A DNA stretch of 64,000 bases from Thermodesulfobacteriota bacterium. Lineage in GTDB: Bacteria > Desulfobacterota > Desulfobulbia > Desulfobulbales > JAGXFP01. The translations under genes were made by a program, and so were the position numbers. The stretch's first letter is position 1. Every line of letters starts with the position of its first letter. Positions 52,804-63,521 of the stretch are shown in pieces. Location of the stretch: contig JBDLJC010000011.1 in NCBI GenBank assembly GCA_039714535.1, positions 3,184 through 67,183 on the forward strand, given 5' to 3'. The notes below the pieces were generated by a model. That model worked only from the letters and a program-made list of their open reading frames with translations. It did no database searches and was not told where the DNA came from.

Positions 52804-55029
52804 ATGACCAAACCAAAGATTATCTACACCAAAATTGATGAAGCCCCCGCCTTGGCTACTTATTCCCTGTTGCCCATTCTTCAAGCCTATACTAAGGACT
52901 CAGGTTTTTCTATTGAAAGCAAAGACATTTCTCTTGCCGGGCGAATTATTGCCAATTTCCCTGAAAACCTGACCGAGAGCCAACGGGTTCCAGATGATCT
53001 CGCTGAACTGGGCAAGATGGTCAAACTGCCTGAAACTAATATCATCAAGCTGCCAAACATCAGTGCATCGATTCCGCAGTTAAAAGAGGCCATTAGCGAG
53101 TTGCAAGATAAAGGCTATGATATTCCCGATTACCCCGATGAGCCGAAAAACGAATCCGAAAGAGATTTGCACGCCCGGTTTGCCAAAGTGCTTGGAAGTG
53201 CAGTTAACCCAGTCTTAAGAGAAGGGAATTCAGACCGCAGGGCCGCCGCCTCAGTAAAACAGTTTGGCCGGCAGAACCCGCATCGCTTGATGAAAGAGTG
53301 GCCCACCGATTCCCTGTCCAGGGTCATGTCTATGACCACCGGAGATTTCTACGGCAGTGAAAAATCAACAACAATTTCTAAAGACTGCATGGTTCGCATT
53401 GAATTTGTTGGAGAGGACGGTCAGGTTACGGTTCTCAAGGAGCGGACCCCCTTGTTGGCCGGTGAAGTTGTTGATTCCTCTGTCATGAACGCTCGGGCCT
53501 TGCGCACCTTTTACAGAGAGCAGATTGAGTCAGCAAAAAGAGATGGTATTCTGCTGTCGTTGCACCTTAAGGCGACCATGATGAAAGTCTCTGACCCGAT
53601 TATGTTTGGTCATTGTGTTTCGGTCTTTTACGAAAAGGTCTTTGCCAAACATGCGGCAGTTCTGCAGGATCTTGGGGTGAATGTCAATAACGGTCTCGAT
53701 GATCTCTATACAAAAATCGAAAAGCTGCCGGCCGCGCAAAAAGCAGAGATCGAGGCCGATATAGCTGCTACTTACCAGGCCAATTGCGAATTGGCGATGG
53801 TGGACTCTAGTAAGGGGATCACTAATCTGCATGTCCCTAATAATGTGATTATTGATGCCTCAATGCCGGTGGTCATCCGGGACGGTGGTAAGATGTGGGG
53901 GGCTGACGATCAGTTGCACGACTGCATTGCCATGGTCCCCGATCGCTGTTATGCCTCGATCTATCAGGTGATGGTTGAAGATTGTCAGAGTAATGGGGCC
54001 TTTGACCCGGCCACCATGGGCAGTGTTGCCAATGTTGGGCTGATGGCCCAAAAAGCTGAAGAGTACGGCTCCCATGATAAAACATTCCTGGCCCCAGGCT
54101 ATGGCTCGGTCCGAATTGTTGATGAGTCTGGAACCATATTGCTTTCTCAGCCGGTGGAAGAGGGCGACATCTTTCGTAGCTGTCAGACCAAGGATGCCCC
54201 GATCCGTGACTGGGTAAAGCTCGCAGTCAATCGGGCCCGGGCAACTGGCTCGCCGGCCATTTTCTGGCTGGATGAGCAGCGGGGTCATGATGCAGAGATA
54301 ATCGTTAAGGTTAAAAAATATCTGTCGAAGCATGACACTACTGGTCTTGATATTAGGATCATGCAACCGGTTGAAGCCATGCAGTTCTCGGTGGCAAGGG
54401 TCAGGTCTGGCGAGGATACCATCTCTATTACAGGAAATGTTCTGCGTGATTATCTTACTGACCTGTTCCCGATCCTGGAGTTGGGAACCAGTGCGAAAAT
54501 GTTGTCCATTGTCCCGTTGATGAATGGTGGGGGTCTATTTGAAACAGGGGCGGGCGGTTCAGCGCCTAAGCATGTTCAGCAATTTCTCAATGAGGGGCAT
54601 CTCCGTTGGGATTCGCTCGGCGAATTCTGCGCCTTGGTCCCTTCTTTCGAGCATCTGTGTGGTGCCTTTAAAGTTGAGGGCGCTCTACTTTTGGCCAAAA
54701 CTCTTGATCTGGCAATCGGTAGGCATTTGGAAAACCAGAGGTCTCCTTCGCGAAAGGTAAAAGAACTGGATACCCGGGGCAGTCATTTTTATCTTGCCTT
54801 GTACTGGGCGCAGGCCTTGGCGGAGCAGGGTGACGACAAAGATGTGGCAACCCGTTTTATTCCGATTGCCCAGGCCTTGATAGACAGTGAGGCCAGGATT
54901 GTAGAAGAGATGGCCGCGGTTCAGGGCAGCTCGGTGGATGTCGATGGATATTATATGCCCGACACTGAGAAGGTCGTTGCGGCCATGCGGCCTAGCGCGA
55001 CTTTTAATCGAATAATTGATTCGATCTAG
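52804..55029 (+). CDS. icd: NADP-dependent isocitrate dehydrogenase, monomeric type
   Basis: 741 aa. The length and the N-terminus [21 protein letters not shown] are typical of monomeric IDH. Confidence 0.92.
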   Translation: MTKPKIIYTKIDEAPALATYSLLPILQAYTKDSGFSIESKDISLAGRIIANFPENLTESQRVPDDLAELGKMVKLPETNIIKLPNISASIPQLKEAISELQDKGYDIPDYPDEPKNESERDLHARFAKVLGSAVNPVLREGNSDRRAAASVKQFGRQNPHRLMKEWPTDSLSRVMSMTTGDFYGSEKSTTISKDCMVRIEFVGEDGQVTVLKERTPLLAGEVVDSSVMNARALRTFYREQIESAKRDGILLSLHLKATMMKVSDPIMFGHCVSVFYEKVFAKHAAVLQDLGVNVNNGLDDLYTKIEKLPAAQKAEIEADIAATYQANCELAMVDSSKGITNLHVPNNVIIDASMPVVIRDGGKMWGADDQLHDCIAMVPDRCYASIYQVMVEDCQSNGAFDPATMGSVANVGLMAQKAEEYGSHDKTFLAPGYGSVRIVDESGTILLSQPVEEGDIFRSCQTKDAPIRDWVKLAVNRARATGSPAIFWLDEQRGHDAEIIVKVKKYLSKHDTTGLDIRIMQPVEAMQFSVARVRSGEDTISITGNVLRDYLTDLFPILELGTSAKMLSIVPLMNGGGLFETGAGGSAPKHVQQFLNEGHLRWDSLGEFCALVPSFEHLCGAFKVEGALLLAKTLDLAIGRHLENQRSPSRKVKELDTRGSHFYLALYWAQALAEQGDDKDVATRFIPIAQALIDSEARIVEEMAAVQGSSVDVDGYYMPDTEKVVAAMRPSATFNRIIDSI

Positions 55030-55062
55030 CTCTTGGTCTTTCACACATAACGAAATGCTTTT

Positions 55063-55105
55063 GGGCAGCGGCACGCTTTGTGGTGTGCCGCTGCTCTTTT
55101 TGTTT
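55063..55105 (+). terminator. Rho-independent terminator of icd
   Basis: The 10-bp GC-rich stem gcagcggcac (55065-55074) pairs with gtgccgctgc (55085-55094) and is followed by ctctttttgtttt. Confidence 0.8.
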
Positions 55106-55145
55106 TGAATGGCCGACCCCTGCTCTAAAGAAAAACACAGCGCCG

Positions 55146-55161
55146 TGTTTCACGTGAAACA
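55146..55161. promoter_or_regulatory. parS centromere-like site 1
   Basis: TGTTTCACGTGAAACA is a perfect 16-bp palindrome matching the chromosomal parS consensus TGTTNCACGTGAAACA. It lies 260 bp upstream of parA. Confidence 0.9.
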
Positions 55162-55270
55162 TATGTGCTTGGACAGTGTGGGGAGTTGTGGCTTGCAAGT
55201 GGGTATTGTGGTTAGGTGTTTTGCTGGCTGTGCCCGTACTTTTCTAAAAATAGAGTGGGGTGCGGCGCCA

Positions 55271-55286
55271 TGTTTCACGTGAAACA
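55271..55286. promoter_or_regulatory. parS centromere-like site 2
   Basis: A second identical copy of TGTTTCACGTGAAACA, 125 bp from the first and 136 bp upstream of parA. The flanks are also similar in both copies (gcgcc(g/a)TGTTTCACGTGAAACAt). Confidence 0.9.
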
Positions 55287-55421
55287 TCATATATGTTTGA
55301 AAAATGAGGATTTGAATTGCGTGGCGCCATAATTAAGAGTATTGATAATAATCAGTTTTGGCAGAGGCAGGCTCGCCTCTCTTGTGGGGGGACAACCATA
55401 GTTTATTAAGGGGACCGCTAA

Positions 55422-56234
55422 ATGGATAGTCAGCAGGGAACAGGCACAGGCTCTGGAAATCGGGTCGCAAAAATCATCGCTTTGGCCAACCAAAAGGGTG
55501 GGGTTGGAAAATCAACTACCGCGATCAACTTGTCTTCGGCTTTGGCGATAGCCGGCAAGAAAGTTTTGGTGGTTGACTCAGACCCGCAGGGCAATGCCTC
55601 GAGTGGGCTGGGGGTAAACTCCAGGGACCAGGAGCACCATCTATACCACTGTCTGATTGGTGAGGTTCCTGCGAGTCAGGCCATTTGCAAGGTTGCAGAC
55701 CACGACGACCTGAATATTATCCCAACCCATATTGATCTGATTGGGATTGAGGTCGAACTCATATCGGCCCCAAAGCGGGAAAACTTCTTGGCAAAATCTC
55801 TTAAGCCGCTCAAGAAAAACTATGATTATATCTTTATTGACTGCCCACCATCTCTCGGGCTTCTAACCATCAATGCGTTGACGGCCGCTGATTCGGTTAT
55901 CATTCCTATGCAGTGTGAGTATTTTGCACTTGAAGGATTAAGTCAGCTGGTCAGGACGATCCGCTTAGTGAAAAACTCTTACAATAACAAATTGGTTATC
56001 GAAGGTTTACTGCTAACAATGTTTGATCGGCGCAATAAATTAACATTTCAAGTTGCCAAAGAGATAAGGGACCATTTTCAAGGTTCCGTTTATGACGCGG
56101 TAATTCCAAGAAATGTTCGTCTGAGCGAAAGTCCTAGTCATGGAAGGTCGGTGCTAACATATGCCCCAGGGTCTGTTGGGGCTTTGAGCTATTTGAATCT
56201 TGCTAAAGAATTTTTGAAAAAACAAACGGCATAA
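55422..56234 (+). CDS. parA: chromosome partitioning ATPase ParA/Soj
   Basis: 270 aa with the deviant Walker A motif NQKGGVGKSTT and the standard Soj-like sequence. It is followed by parB. Confidence 0.93.
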   Translation: MDSQQGTGTGSGNRVAKIIALANQKGGVGKSTTAINLSSALAIAGKKVLVVDSDPQGNASSGLGVNSRDQEHHLYHCLIGEVPASQAICKVADHDDLNIIPTHIDLIGIEVELISAPKRENFLAKSLKPLKKNYDYIFIDCPPSLGLLTINALTAADSVIIPMQCEYFALEGLSQLVRTIRLVKNSYNNKLVIEGLLLTMFDRRNKLTFQVAKEIRDHFQGSVYDAVIPRNVRLSESPSHGRSVLTYAPGSVGALSYLNLAKEFLKKQTA

Positions 56235-56249
56235 AGCGGAGCAAAGAAT

Positions 56250-57167
56250 ATGAGTAAAGCAAAAGGGTTGGGGAAAGGATTAAACGCACTTCTGCCTTCG
56301 GCGGGTGAAGATTTGGCCAGCGGCACATCTACCAGTGGAACCCTCTTGATGTGTCCGCTAAAAGAGATTGTGCCAAACCCCTATCAGCCAAGGAAAAGCA
56401 TGGAGAGGGTGGCTTTAAATCAGTTGGCGGAGTCAATCGCCGAGAAAGGAATTTTACAGCCACTGGTAGTCAGAAAAAAACAAGACGAGAGTGGTTATGA
56501 ATTGATCGCTGGAGAGCGGCGCTTGCGAGCGGCAAAGATCGCCGGCCTGAAAGAAGTGCCGGTCTTGGTGATAGAGGCCGATCGGGCAGATCGCTTAGAA
56601 CTGGCAATCATTGAGAATATTCAGCGGCAAAACTTGAATGTGCTTGAAGAGGCGGAGGCCTTCCAGAGATTAGTAAAGGAGTTTGGCCATACCCAGGAAG
56701 AAGTTGCCCAAAAGGTCGGCAAGGATCGCTCCACTGTTGCTAATATTCTTCGTCTCCTGCAATTGCCCGAATATGCGCAAAAAGATTTGGTCGGCGGCAA
56801 CCTTTCCATGGGACACGGCAGAGTTCTTCTTTCCGTGCCCGACTCCGAGGACATGAAGGCATTGCGGGACGAGATTGTTGCCAATAACCTCTCTGTAAGA
56901 CAAGCGGAGCGGCTGGCAAAGAAGCTAAAAGAGACCGGTCCTTCGGGGAGTGTCACGCCTCAACGGACAGCAACAAGAAAAAAACCCCAGGGAGAAATTC
57001 CTGATTCATACTGTCAGACCTTAACTGTTGACTTGACCAGATGTTTGGATACAAAAACAGCGATCGCCCAAAACGGTAGTCGGGGTAAACTCGAAATTGA
57101 ATACTATTCCCTTGATGATCTTGAACGGTTGGTCAGCTTAATCACAAAAACCCCGACGCTGGCTTGA
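56250..57167 (+). CDS. parB: chromosome partitioning protein ParB/Spo0J
   Basis: 305 aa with the ParB boxes PNPYQPRK and LIAGERRLRAAKIAGL, and an HTH region (GHTQEEVAQKVGKDRSTVANILRLL). Confidence 0.93.
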   Translation: MSKAKGLGKGLNALLPSAGEDLASGTSTSGTLLMCPLKEIVPNPYQPRKSMERVALNQLAESIAEKGILQPLVVRKKQDESGYELIAGERRLRAAKIAGLKEVPVLVIEADRADRLELAIIENIQRQNLNVLEEAEAFQRLVKEFGHTQEEVAQKVGKDRSTVANILRLLQLPEYAQKDLVGGNLSMGHGRVLLSVPDSEDMKALRDEIVANNLSVRQAERLAKKLKETGPSGSVTPQRTATRKKPQGEIPDSYCQTLTVDLTRCLDTKTAIAQNGSRGKLEIEYYSLDDLERLVSLITKTPTLA

Positions 57168-57209
57168 TCAGGCCAACGATAACTTCCTTGGGATCATTAC
57201 TAAAATTTT

Positions 57210-58022
57210 ATGAGTGCAATAAAGCTTGAAGCAGAAGTGCTTCGCAATGAAAAAATAACCAGGGACGTTTATCGCCTCACCATGTTGGCTCCGGCCATTG
57301 CGGAAGGGGCCAGCCCAGGTCAATTTGTCATGGTCAAAGCCAATAAGGACTTTGGGTCGCCTCTTTTACGGCGGCCTTTTTCGATCCACCGGGCTATGGA
57401 AAATGGTCGAATTGAGATCCTGTTTAAAACCATTGGTAAGGGGACTGCCTTTCTGGCGACGCGGCAATCCGGTGACATCCTCAGTTTGGTCGGTCCTTTA
57501 GGGCGGGGGTTCACTCTTCCCAGCCAGCCAGCCAATATCTGTATTGTTGGCGGAGGCATGGGGATTGCCCCCTTGTTTTATTTGACCAAACAATTACTCC
57601 GCAGCAATATTGATCACCAGGCGATAAAGGTTTTCCTTGGCGCGGCAACTGCCAGTGAAATTGCGGTGTTGGAAAATGATTTCGCAAGTCTTGGGGTGAC
57701 GGTTAAAATTGCAACGGACGATGGCTCGACTGGGCATCATGGGCTGGTGACTGAGTTGTTATCTGATAATTTAGACCAAACTGAAAATTGGCAGATATAC
57801 AGTTGCGGCCCCCATCCGATGATGAAGGCAATAGCTAGTTATTGCCTGGCCAGGAAGTGGTCGTGCCAGGTCTCACTGGAAACTCTTATGGCATGCGGTA
57901 TTTCCGCCTGTCTGGGGTGTGCGATTCGTGGTTCCGCGCAGGGGCTTGAGAGTAGCAAACCGTATTTACATGTCTGTAAAGATGGGCCAGTATTTGCGGC
58001 AGGAGATGTGGCATGGGAATAG
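57210..58022 (+). CDS. pyrK: dihydroorotate dehydrogenase electron-transfer subunit
   Basis: 270 aa with a ferredoxin-reductase-type FAD/NAD-binding fold (RRPFSI) and a C-terminal 2Fe-2S Cys cluster (CGISACLGCAI ... HVCKDGPVF). It overlaps pyrD by 10 nt. Confidence 0.88.
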   Translation: MSAIKLEAEVLRNEKITRDVYRLTMLAPAIAEGASPGQFVMVKANKDFGSPLLRRPFSIHRAMENGRIEILFKTIGKGTAFLATRQSGDILSLVGPLGRGFTLPSQPANICIVGGGMGIAPLFYLTKQLLRSNIDHQAIKVFLGAATASEIAVLENDFASLGVTVKIATDDGSTGHHGLVTELLSDNLDQTENWQIYSCGPHPMMKAIASYCLARKWSCQVSLETLMACGISACLGCAIRGSAQGLESSKPYLHVCKDGPVFAAGDVAWE

Positions 58023-58939
58023 GTAACAGTTTAAAGGTTGATATTGGCGGCGGCCTCCGGCTTAAAAATCCGATAATGACTGCATCCGGCACCTTTGGCT
58101 ATGGCAGTGAATTTGCTGATTATGTGAACTTGCAGCGCTTGGGCGCCATTGTTGTGAAGGGTATTTCCCTGCAGCCCAGACCGGGTAATCCTCCTCCGAG
58201 AATTGTTGAAACAAGCTGTGGCATGCTTAATGCGATCGGTTTGGAAAATGTTGGGATCGAGAAATTCAGCAGCGGCAAGATGCCATTTCTAAGAAAGATA
58301 GGAACTCCGGTTATTGTCAATATCCTGGGGGACAGCATAGAAGAATATTCGGAGCTTGCTGAAAAACTAAATGATATCAAGGGGATATCGGCAATAGAGG
58401 TTAATATCTCCTGTCCGAACGTCAAGAAGGGCGGGGTGGCATTCGGCACCGACCCCGTAATGGTTAAGAAGGTCACCGAGTCGGTGAAGGCCAAGACCTC
58501 GTTGCCGGTTATCATTAAACTTTCACCGAATGTAACGGATATTACCGCCACCGCCCGGGCTGCGGAAGATGGTGGCGCCGATACAGTTTCATTGATCAAT
58601 ACCCTGATGGGAATCGCTATAGATCACAAAAGCAGAAAGCCCAAGCTGGCCAATATCATCGGTGGCCTGTCAGGGCCGGCCATAAAACCAGTAGCCTTAC
58701 GAATGGTCTGGCAGGTCGCGAATGCGGTCAAGATACCGATAATTGGCATCGGCGGCATTATGTCTACCGATGATGCCCTGGAGTTTATGGTCGCCGGGGC
58801 CTCAGCCGTTCAGGTGGGAACCGCTAATCTGGTTGATCCCGACACAACTGAAAGAATTATCGATGGCATGTCCGATTTTGTCGAAGAAACCGGTTGCCAA
58901 TCAATCCGGGAAATTGTCGGGACCTTGCAGACCGGCTAA
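58013..58939 (+). CDS. pyrD: dihydroorotate dehydrogenase B, catalytic subunit
   Basis: 308 aa. NPIMTASGTFGYG, NISCPNVKKGG and GLSGPAIKPVALR are typical of class 1B DHOD. Confidence 0.92.
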   Translation: MGIGNSLKVDIGGGLRLKNPIMTASGTFGYGSEFADYVNLQRLGAIVVKGISLQPRPGNPPPRIVETSCGMLNAIGLENVGIEKFSSGKMPFLRKIGTPVIVNILGDSIEEYSELAEKLNDIKGISAIEVNISCPNVKKGGVAFGTDPVMVKKVTESVKAKTSLPVIIKLSPNVTDITATARAAEDGGADTVSLINTLMGIAIDHKSRKPKLANIIGGLSGPAIKPVALRMVWQVANAVKIPIIGIGGIMSTDDALEFMVAGASAVQVGTANLVDPDTTERIIDGMSDFVEETGCQSIREIVGTLQTG

Positions 58940-59067
58940 TTCTGCTGGACATCTGCGCATTGTAAAGACGGACTGTAAACAAGTCAGCAGGTTTATTTCC
59001 TCTCCCCCCCCCCCGCGTGTTTTTATCAATAAATATCAAGACGATACCTGGATATTAGAGTTGAAAA

Positions 59068-59742
59068 ATGATTGACGACCTTGAAACGTTCTGGAGCCAG
59101 ATAGAGTATGTGTTTCTTGACATGGATGGCACCTTGCTGGATAAGCATTTTGATGATTATTTTTGGGAAACGCTGGTTCCTGAAACCTACGCGGCAAAAC
59201 GGAATTTAGATATCTCCCAGGCCAGGCGGGAATTACTAAGTAAATATAAAAGTCGGGAAGGTACTCTGCAATGGACTGATCTTGATTTCTGGTCCGAGGA
59301 ACTTGATCTCGATATCCCCGCCCTTAAGATCCAGGTTGACCATCTGATCGCAGTGCATCCATATGTGCTTGATTTTATTGAGTATTGCCAGGGGATACAC
59401 AAGAAAATCTGGCTGGTTACCAATGCCCATAGCAAAACCCTTGAGATCAAGATGGCAAAAACCGCTTTGCGTGGCCATTTTGATGAAATTATCTGTTCCC
59501 AACAGATAGGTGTGGCCAAGGAGGAAGCGGTTTTCTGGGATCGCCTGAAAACCCGGATGCCGTATGATCCGGCCAAGACTTTGCTGGCCGATGACACGGA
59601 AGAGGTACTGCTCTCGGCTGAGCGGGCAGGGGTAGGGCATTTGATATATGTGGCAAAGCCCAGTAGCATGGCGCCTTGCTGCCGTTCGGACAGGTTTCAT
59701 TCGATAACCTATTTCAAGGAGTTGATTCCTGTTGGCAGGTGA
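59068..59742 (+). CDS. HAD-superfamily hydrolase (YrfG-like nucleotidase subgroup is a guess)
   Basis: 224 aa with HAD motif I FLDMDGTLLD, a later TNAH, and a C-terminal LADDTEEVLLSAERAG. Confidence 0.7.
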   Translation: MIDDLETFWSQIEYVFLDMDGTLLDKHFDDYFWETLVPETYAAKRNLDISQARRELLSKYKSREGTLQWTDLDFWSEELDLDIPALKIQVDHLIAVHPYVLDFIEYCQGIHKKIWLVTNAHSKTLEIKMAKTALRGHFDEIICSQQIGVAKEEAVFWDRLKTRMPYDPAKTLLADDTEEVLLSAERAGVGHLIYVAKPSSMAPCCRSDRFHSITYFKELIPVGR

Positions 59743-60005
59743 CCTCAGCAGAGGATTGGTTTTGGGATGCAAAGGGCTTTTGTAGAAGGCAACGGGCAAA
59801 GGTTGATGTTAGAGCTGGGGGGGGGCGGCCGCGAAATTATGCAAACAGCCAACAGACTGTCGTCTCCCTCTACTTTAACCTCTGAAAACCACAGCGAGAA
59901 GTTAAAGTAAGATGACGCTAAGTCAATGAATGTGTTTTCTGGTTAAACAATGGGATCCGGGCAGAAATAAGCAAAATCAAATGAATAGCGGGTAGGAAGT
60001 AGGCT

Positions 60006-60035
60006 TTGACAATAATTAGAGTGGCATGCTATATT
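60006..60035 (+). promoter_or_regulatory. Putative sigma70 promoter of hemL
   Basis: TTGACA (60006-60011), an 18-nt spacer, then TATATT (60030-60035), about 65 nt upstream of the ATG. Confidence 0.45.
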
Positions 60036-60098
60036 CCCTTTTTTGCTTTTATTCGGAAGAGTGCGGCACAATAAAATATCCAAGCGGGAGATTCTCCA

Positions 60099-61391
60099 AT
60101 GAAGACAGATAACTCTAAAAAACTGTTCGAAAAAGCTCAGAAACTGATCCCCGGCGGCGTTAACAGCCCGGTGCGGGCCTGTAAATCAGTAGGTTGCGAC
60201 CCGGTTTTTATTGCCAGCGCAGATGGCTCGAAAAATTATGATGTCGATGGCAATATGAATATTGATTTCGTCGGTTCATGGGGCCCAATGATCCTTGGTC
60301 AAAATCACCCGGCGGTGATTGCGGCCATCAAGTATGCCATGGAAAACGGTACCAGCTTTGGGGCGCCATGCGAATTAGAGATAGATCTGGCCGAACTGGT
60401 GATAGATGCGGTTCCTTCGGTTGAGATGGTCCGTTTTGTCAGTTCGGGAACTGAGGCAACCATGAGCGCCATCCGCGTGGCCCGGGGCTATACCGGCCGC
60501 AATGTCGTGGTCAAATTCGATGGGGGTTTTCACGGCCATGCCGACTCCTTTCTGGTTAAGGCCGGTTCCGGGGTAATTACCCTGGGGATTCCGGGCAGCC
60601 CCGGCGTACCGGAAGATATCGTCAAAAACACCCTTTCTATCCCTTACAATAATGTCGAAGAACTGGAAGAAACCCTACGCAACAAGGATCTTGATATCGC
60701 CTGCGTTATAATCGAACCGATTGCCGGCAATATGGGGGTCATTGAGCCCCAACCGGGATTTCTCGAAAAACTCCGGGAACTTACGACTGAGTTGGATATT
60801 GTCCTGATTTTTGATGAGGTAATCACCGGTTTCAGGGCCAGCCTCGGCGGTGCTCAGGCCAAATACGGCATCACCCCGGATATGACCTGTCTCGGCAAGA
60901 TCATCGGCGGCGGTCTGCCGGTAGGGGCTTATGGCGGTAAAAAAGAGATCATGAAGATGATTGCCCCGGTCGGCCCGGTTTATCAGGCGGGAACCCTGTC
61001 CGGTAATCCGCTGGCCATGGCGGCGGGCAAGGCGATGCTTACAGAATTAGCAAAGCCCGGATTTTATGAGGCTCTCAACAAGAAGGCTACAGAATTTGGG
61101 GCGCAATTACTGGCTCTTGCCAAGAAACATCTCGGCAGCAAGGTCTGCATGAACCAGGCCGGTTCGGTCCTGACCCTCTTTTTTACCGAAGGCCCGGTCA
61201 CCGATTTTGATTCGGCCATGAAATCCGATACCGAGATGTATGGCCGTTACTACCGGGAGATGTTGGCTGAGGGCGTTTATCTGGCGCCGGCCCAATTCGA
61301 AGGCATGTTCATCTCTGCGGCCCACACGGCAGAAGATCTTGAAATAACACTGGAAAAAGCTGAATCGGTATTCATAAAATTGGCAAAATAA
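60099..61391 (+). CDS. hemL: glutamate-1-semialdehyde 2,1-aminomutase
   Basis: 430 aa. LIPGGVNSPVRA, FDEVITGFR and the PLP-lysine context CLGKIIGGGLPVGAYGG are typical of HemL. Confidence 0.94.
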   Translation: MKTDNSKKLFEKAQKLIPGGVNSPVRACKSVGCDPVFIASADGSKNYDVDGNMNIDFVGSWGPMILGQNHPAVIAAIKYAMENGTSFGAPCELEIDLAELVIDAVPSVEMVRFVSSGTEATMSAIRVARGYTGRNVVVKFDGGFHGHADSFLVKAGSGVITLGIPGSPGVPEDIVKNTLSIPYNNVEELEETLRNKDLDIACVIIEPIAGNMGVIEPQPGFLEKLRELTTELDIVLIFDEVITGFRASLGGAQAKYGITPDMTCLGKIIGGGLPVGAYGGKKEIMKMIAPVGPVYQAGTLSGNPLAMAAGKAMLTELAKPGFYEALNKKATEFGAQLLALAKKHLGSKVCMNQAGSVLTLFFTEGPVTDFDSAMKSDTEMYGRYYREMLAEGVYLAPAQFEGMFISAAHTAEDLEITLEKAESVFIKLAK

Positions 61392-61491
61392 GTTGAAAGC
61401 CGTTGACTTTGCAAATAAGCCGTGATAGTTATTGAGGCCTTATTCAGTTTGGTGAAGTTGGCTTGCTGGATAAAGGCGATTCGAGGAAGCT

Positions 61492-61728
61492 ATGTCCGAA
61501 CACCGTAGGGAAATGATGAAAATGCTGGCCGATTTCAGTACCATCGGCATGACCGTGGCGTTTTCAATCTTCATCGGAGTCGGTTTTGGCTACTACCTTG
61601 ATAACAAGGTGTTTGATGGTAGTACTAAGCCCTGGTTTACCTTGATCTTTCTGGGTTTTGGTGTGGCGGCGGCTTTTTTGAATCTGTATCGAATGGCCAC
61701 CAGGAAAGATATCCAAGATGGACATTAA
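61492..61728 (+). CDS. atpZ: AtpZ/AtpI-family small membrane protein (putative F0F1 ATPase accessory subunit)
   Basis: 78 aa with two TM helices. It sits immediately upstream of, and overlaps, atpI at the head of the atp gene set. Confidence 0.7.
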   Translation: MSEHRREMMKMLADFSTIGMTVAFSIFIGVGFGYYLDNKVFDGSTKPWFTLIFLGFGVAAAFLNLYRMATRKDIQDGH

Positions 61729-62110
61729 TGAGCAGAAGCCGCTTGGCTCAGTTCTTATTTTCAGCTGGGTACTGCTGGGGAATATGATTGTGGTCGGCTG
61801 GTTTGTTGCAGATGTGGTGTTGGTAAGCTCCCTGTTTGTTGGCGGTTGTGTGGCCAATATAAGTTTTTGGTTGATGAAGAGAGATTTAACCAGATTGCTC
61901 CAGGGAGAACTGGCAGCAGTGAAGGCCAGGTTTTTTATTAAATATTATGCCCGGCTGGCCGTGATCACGGCTATTTTGTTTTTGGTTATCAGATCCGGGG
62001 CCGTGCATTTAGTTGGATTGCTGGTAGGACTGTCTACTGTATTTGTCAGCATCGCTGTGGTGGCGATCGCTAGCGTCAGGAAAGAATTAAATATCAAGGA
62101 GGCATCATAA
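61718..62110 (+). CDS. atpI: ATP synthase protein I
   Basis: 130-aa hydrophobic protein located directly upstream of atpB. Confidence 0.65.
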   Translation: MDINEQKPLGSVLIFSWVLLGNMIVVGWFVADVVLVSSLFVGGCVANISFWLMKRDLTRLLQGELAAVKARFFIKYYARLAVITAILFLVIRSGAVHLVGLLVGLSTVFVSIAVVAIASVRKELNIKEAS

Positions 62111-62116
62111 GGCGAT

Positions 62117-62848
62117 ATGGAACATCCAATATTATTCATATCAGTTATTTTGGAAGCGTTGGGAATGCCAGTTCCGCATGCGGCCCCTGAATTTGGAGTT
62201 TTCTGGGATGGCCATCAGATCTTTTCTCCACATATGACCTATACCTTTCTGGTTATAGCCTTCTTGATCATAATGCCGAAGCTGACCATGGGCAAAATTG
62301 AGATGATCCCCGGTAAAGGACAGAACTTCTGGGAAGCTATTATCAGCGGCATGGAAGGTTTCATGGCCGAGAATATGGGTAAAGAAGGGGCCAGGATGAT
62401 GTTTCCGATGTTGGCTACCTTTGCCTTTTACATTCTGGTGGCCAATATGATCGGTCTGATGCCCGGTTTCATGTCACCGACTTCCAACCTCAATATAACA
62501 TTGGCTTGTACTCTTATCGTTTTTTGTACAACCCATATCCTCGGTTTTAAATTTCACGGTCTTAACTACTACAAGCACTTTCTGGGTCCGGTCTGGTGGC
62601 TGATTCCCCTGATCGCCCCCATCGAGATTATCAGTCATCTGGCCAGGATTCTCTCCCTGTCTATCCGGCTTTTCGGTAACATCATGGCCAAAGAGACCCT
62701 GCTGGGAATCCTCTTTATTCTGGCCGGCGCTTATTTCGCCCCGCTGCCAATCCTCTGCCTCGGGGTTTTCGTCTCAATCGTGCAGGCCCTGGTTTTCGTG
62801 CTCCTGTCGATTCTTTACTTCTCGGCATCAATGGAACACGCCCATTAA
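62117..62848 (+). CDS. atpB: F0F1 ATP synthase subunit a
   Basis: 243 aa with the conserved Arg context LSLSIRLFGNIMA and the C-terminal QALVFVLLSILY. Confidence 0.93.
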   Translation: MEHPILFISVILEALGMPVPHAAPEFGVFWDGHQIFSPHMTYTFLVIAFLIIMPKLTMGKIEMIPGKGQNFWEAIISGMEGFMAENMGKEGARMMFPMLATFAFYILVANMIGLMPGFMSPTSNLNITLACTLIVFCTTHILGFKFHGLNYYKHFLGPVWWLIPLIAPIEIISHLARILSLSIRLFGNIMAKETLLGILFILAGAYFAPLPILCLGVFVSIVQALVFVLLSILYFSASMEHAH

Positions 62849-62859
62849 TAATTATTTAA

Positions 62860-63258
<399 letters not shown>

Positions 63259-63290
63259 TACCGGATTTTCAGAGAAATACTGGAATGATC

Positions 63291-63328
63291 AAGGCTGCAG
63301 GTGTTTATCACCTGCAGCCTTTTTTTAT
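63291..63328 (+). terminator. Rho-independent terminator after atpE
   Basis: The 13-bp perfect stem aaggctgcaggtg (63291-63303) pairs with cacctgcagcctt (63309-63321) around a 5-nt loop and is followed by a T-run. Confidence 0.9.
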
Positions 63329-63521
63329 TTAAACACAGGTAAATGATCACGTTTTTCTTTTCCCCTAACAGTAGAGATTTGGGGAACATTCCGTAAAAAT
63401 AGTGCTAAGCCAGCATTTCTTAATTACCATCTAGCATTCAACGGCCATCGTTTTATGTTACTTTCAGAGTAGAGGGCGGAACTCGGCTGGATCGGCTGAA
63501 CAGTTACAACGGTATATTCAT

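Noticed and set aside
55162-55270. G/T-rich spacer between the two parS sites with repeated TGTGG (for example ttgtggttagg), considered as an alternative DnaA-box cluster or oriC.
   Set aside because: None of the sites matches TGTGGATAA better than about 7/9, the region is not AT-rich, and there is no adjacent unwinding element. The dnaN-upstream gap is the better, though still unproven, candidate.
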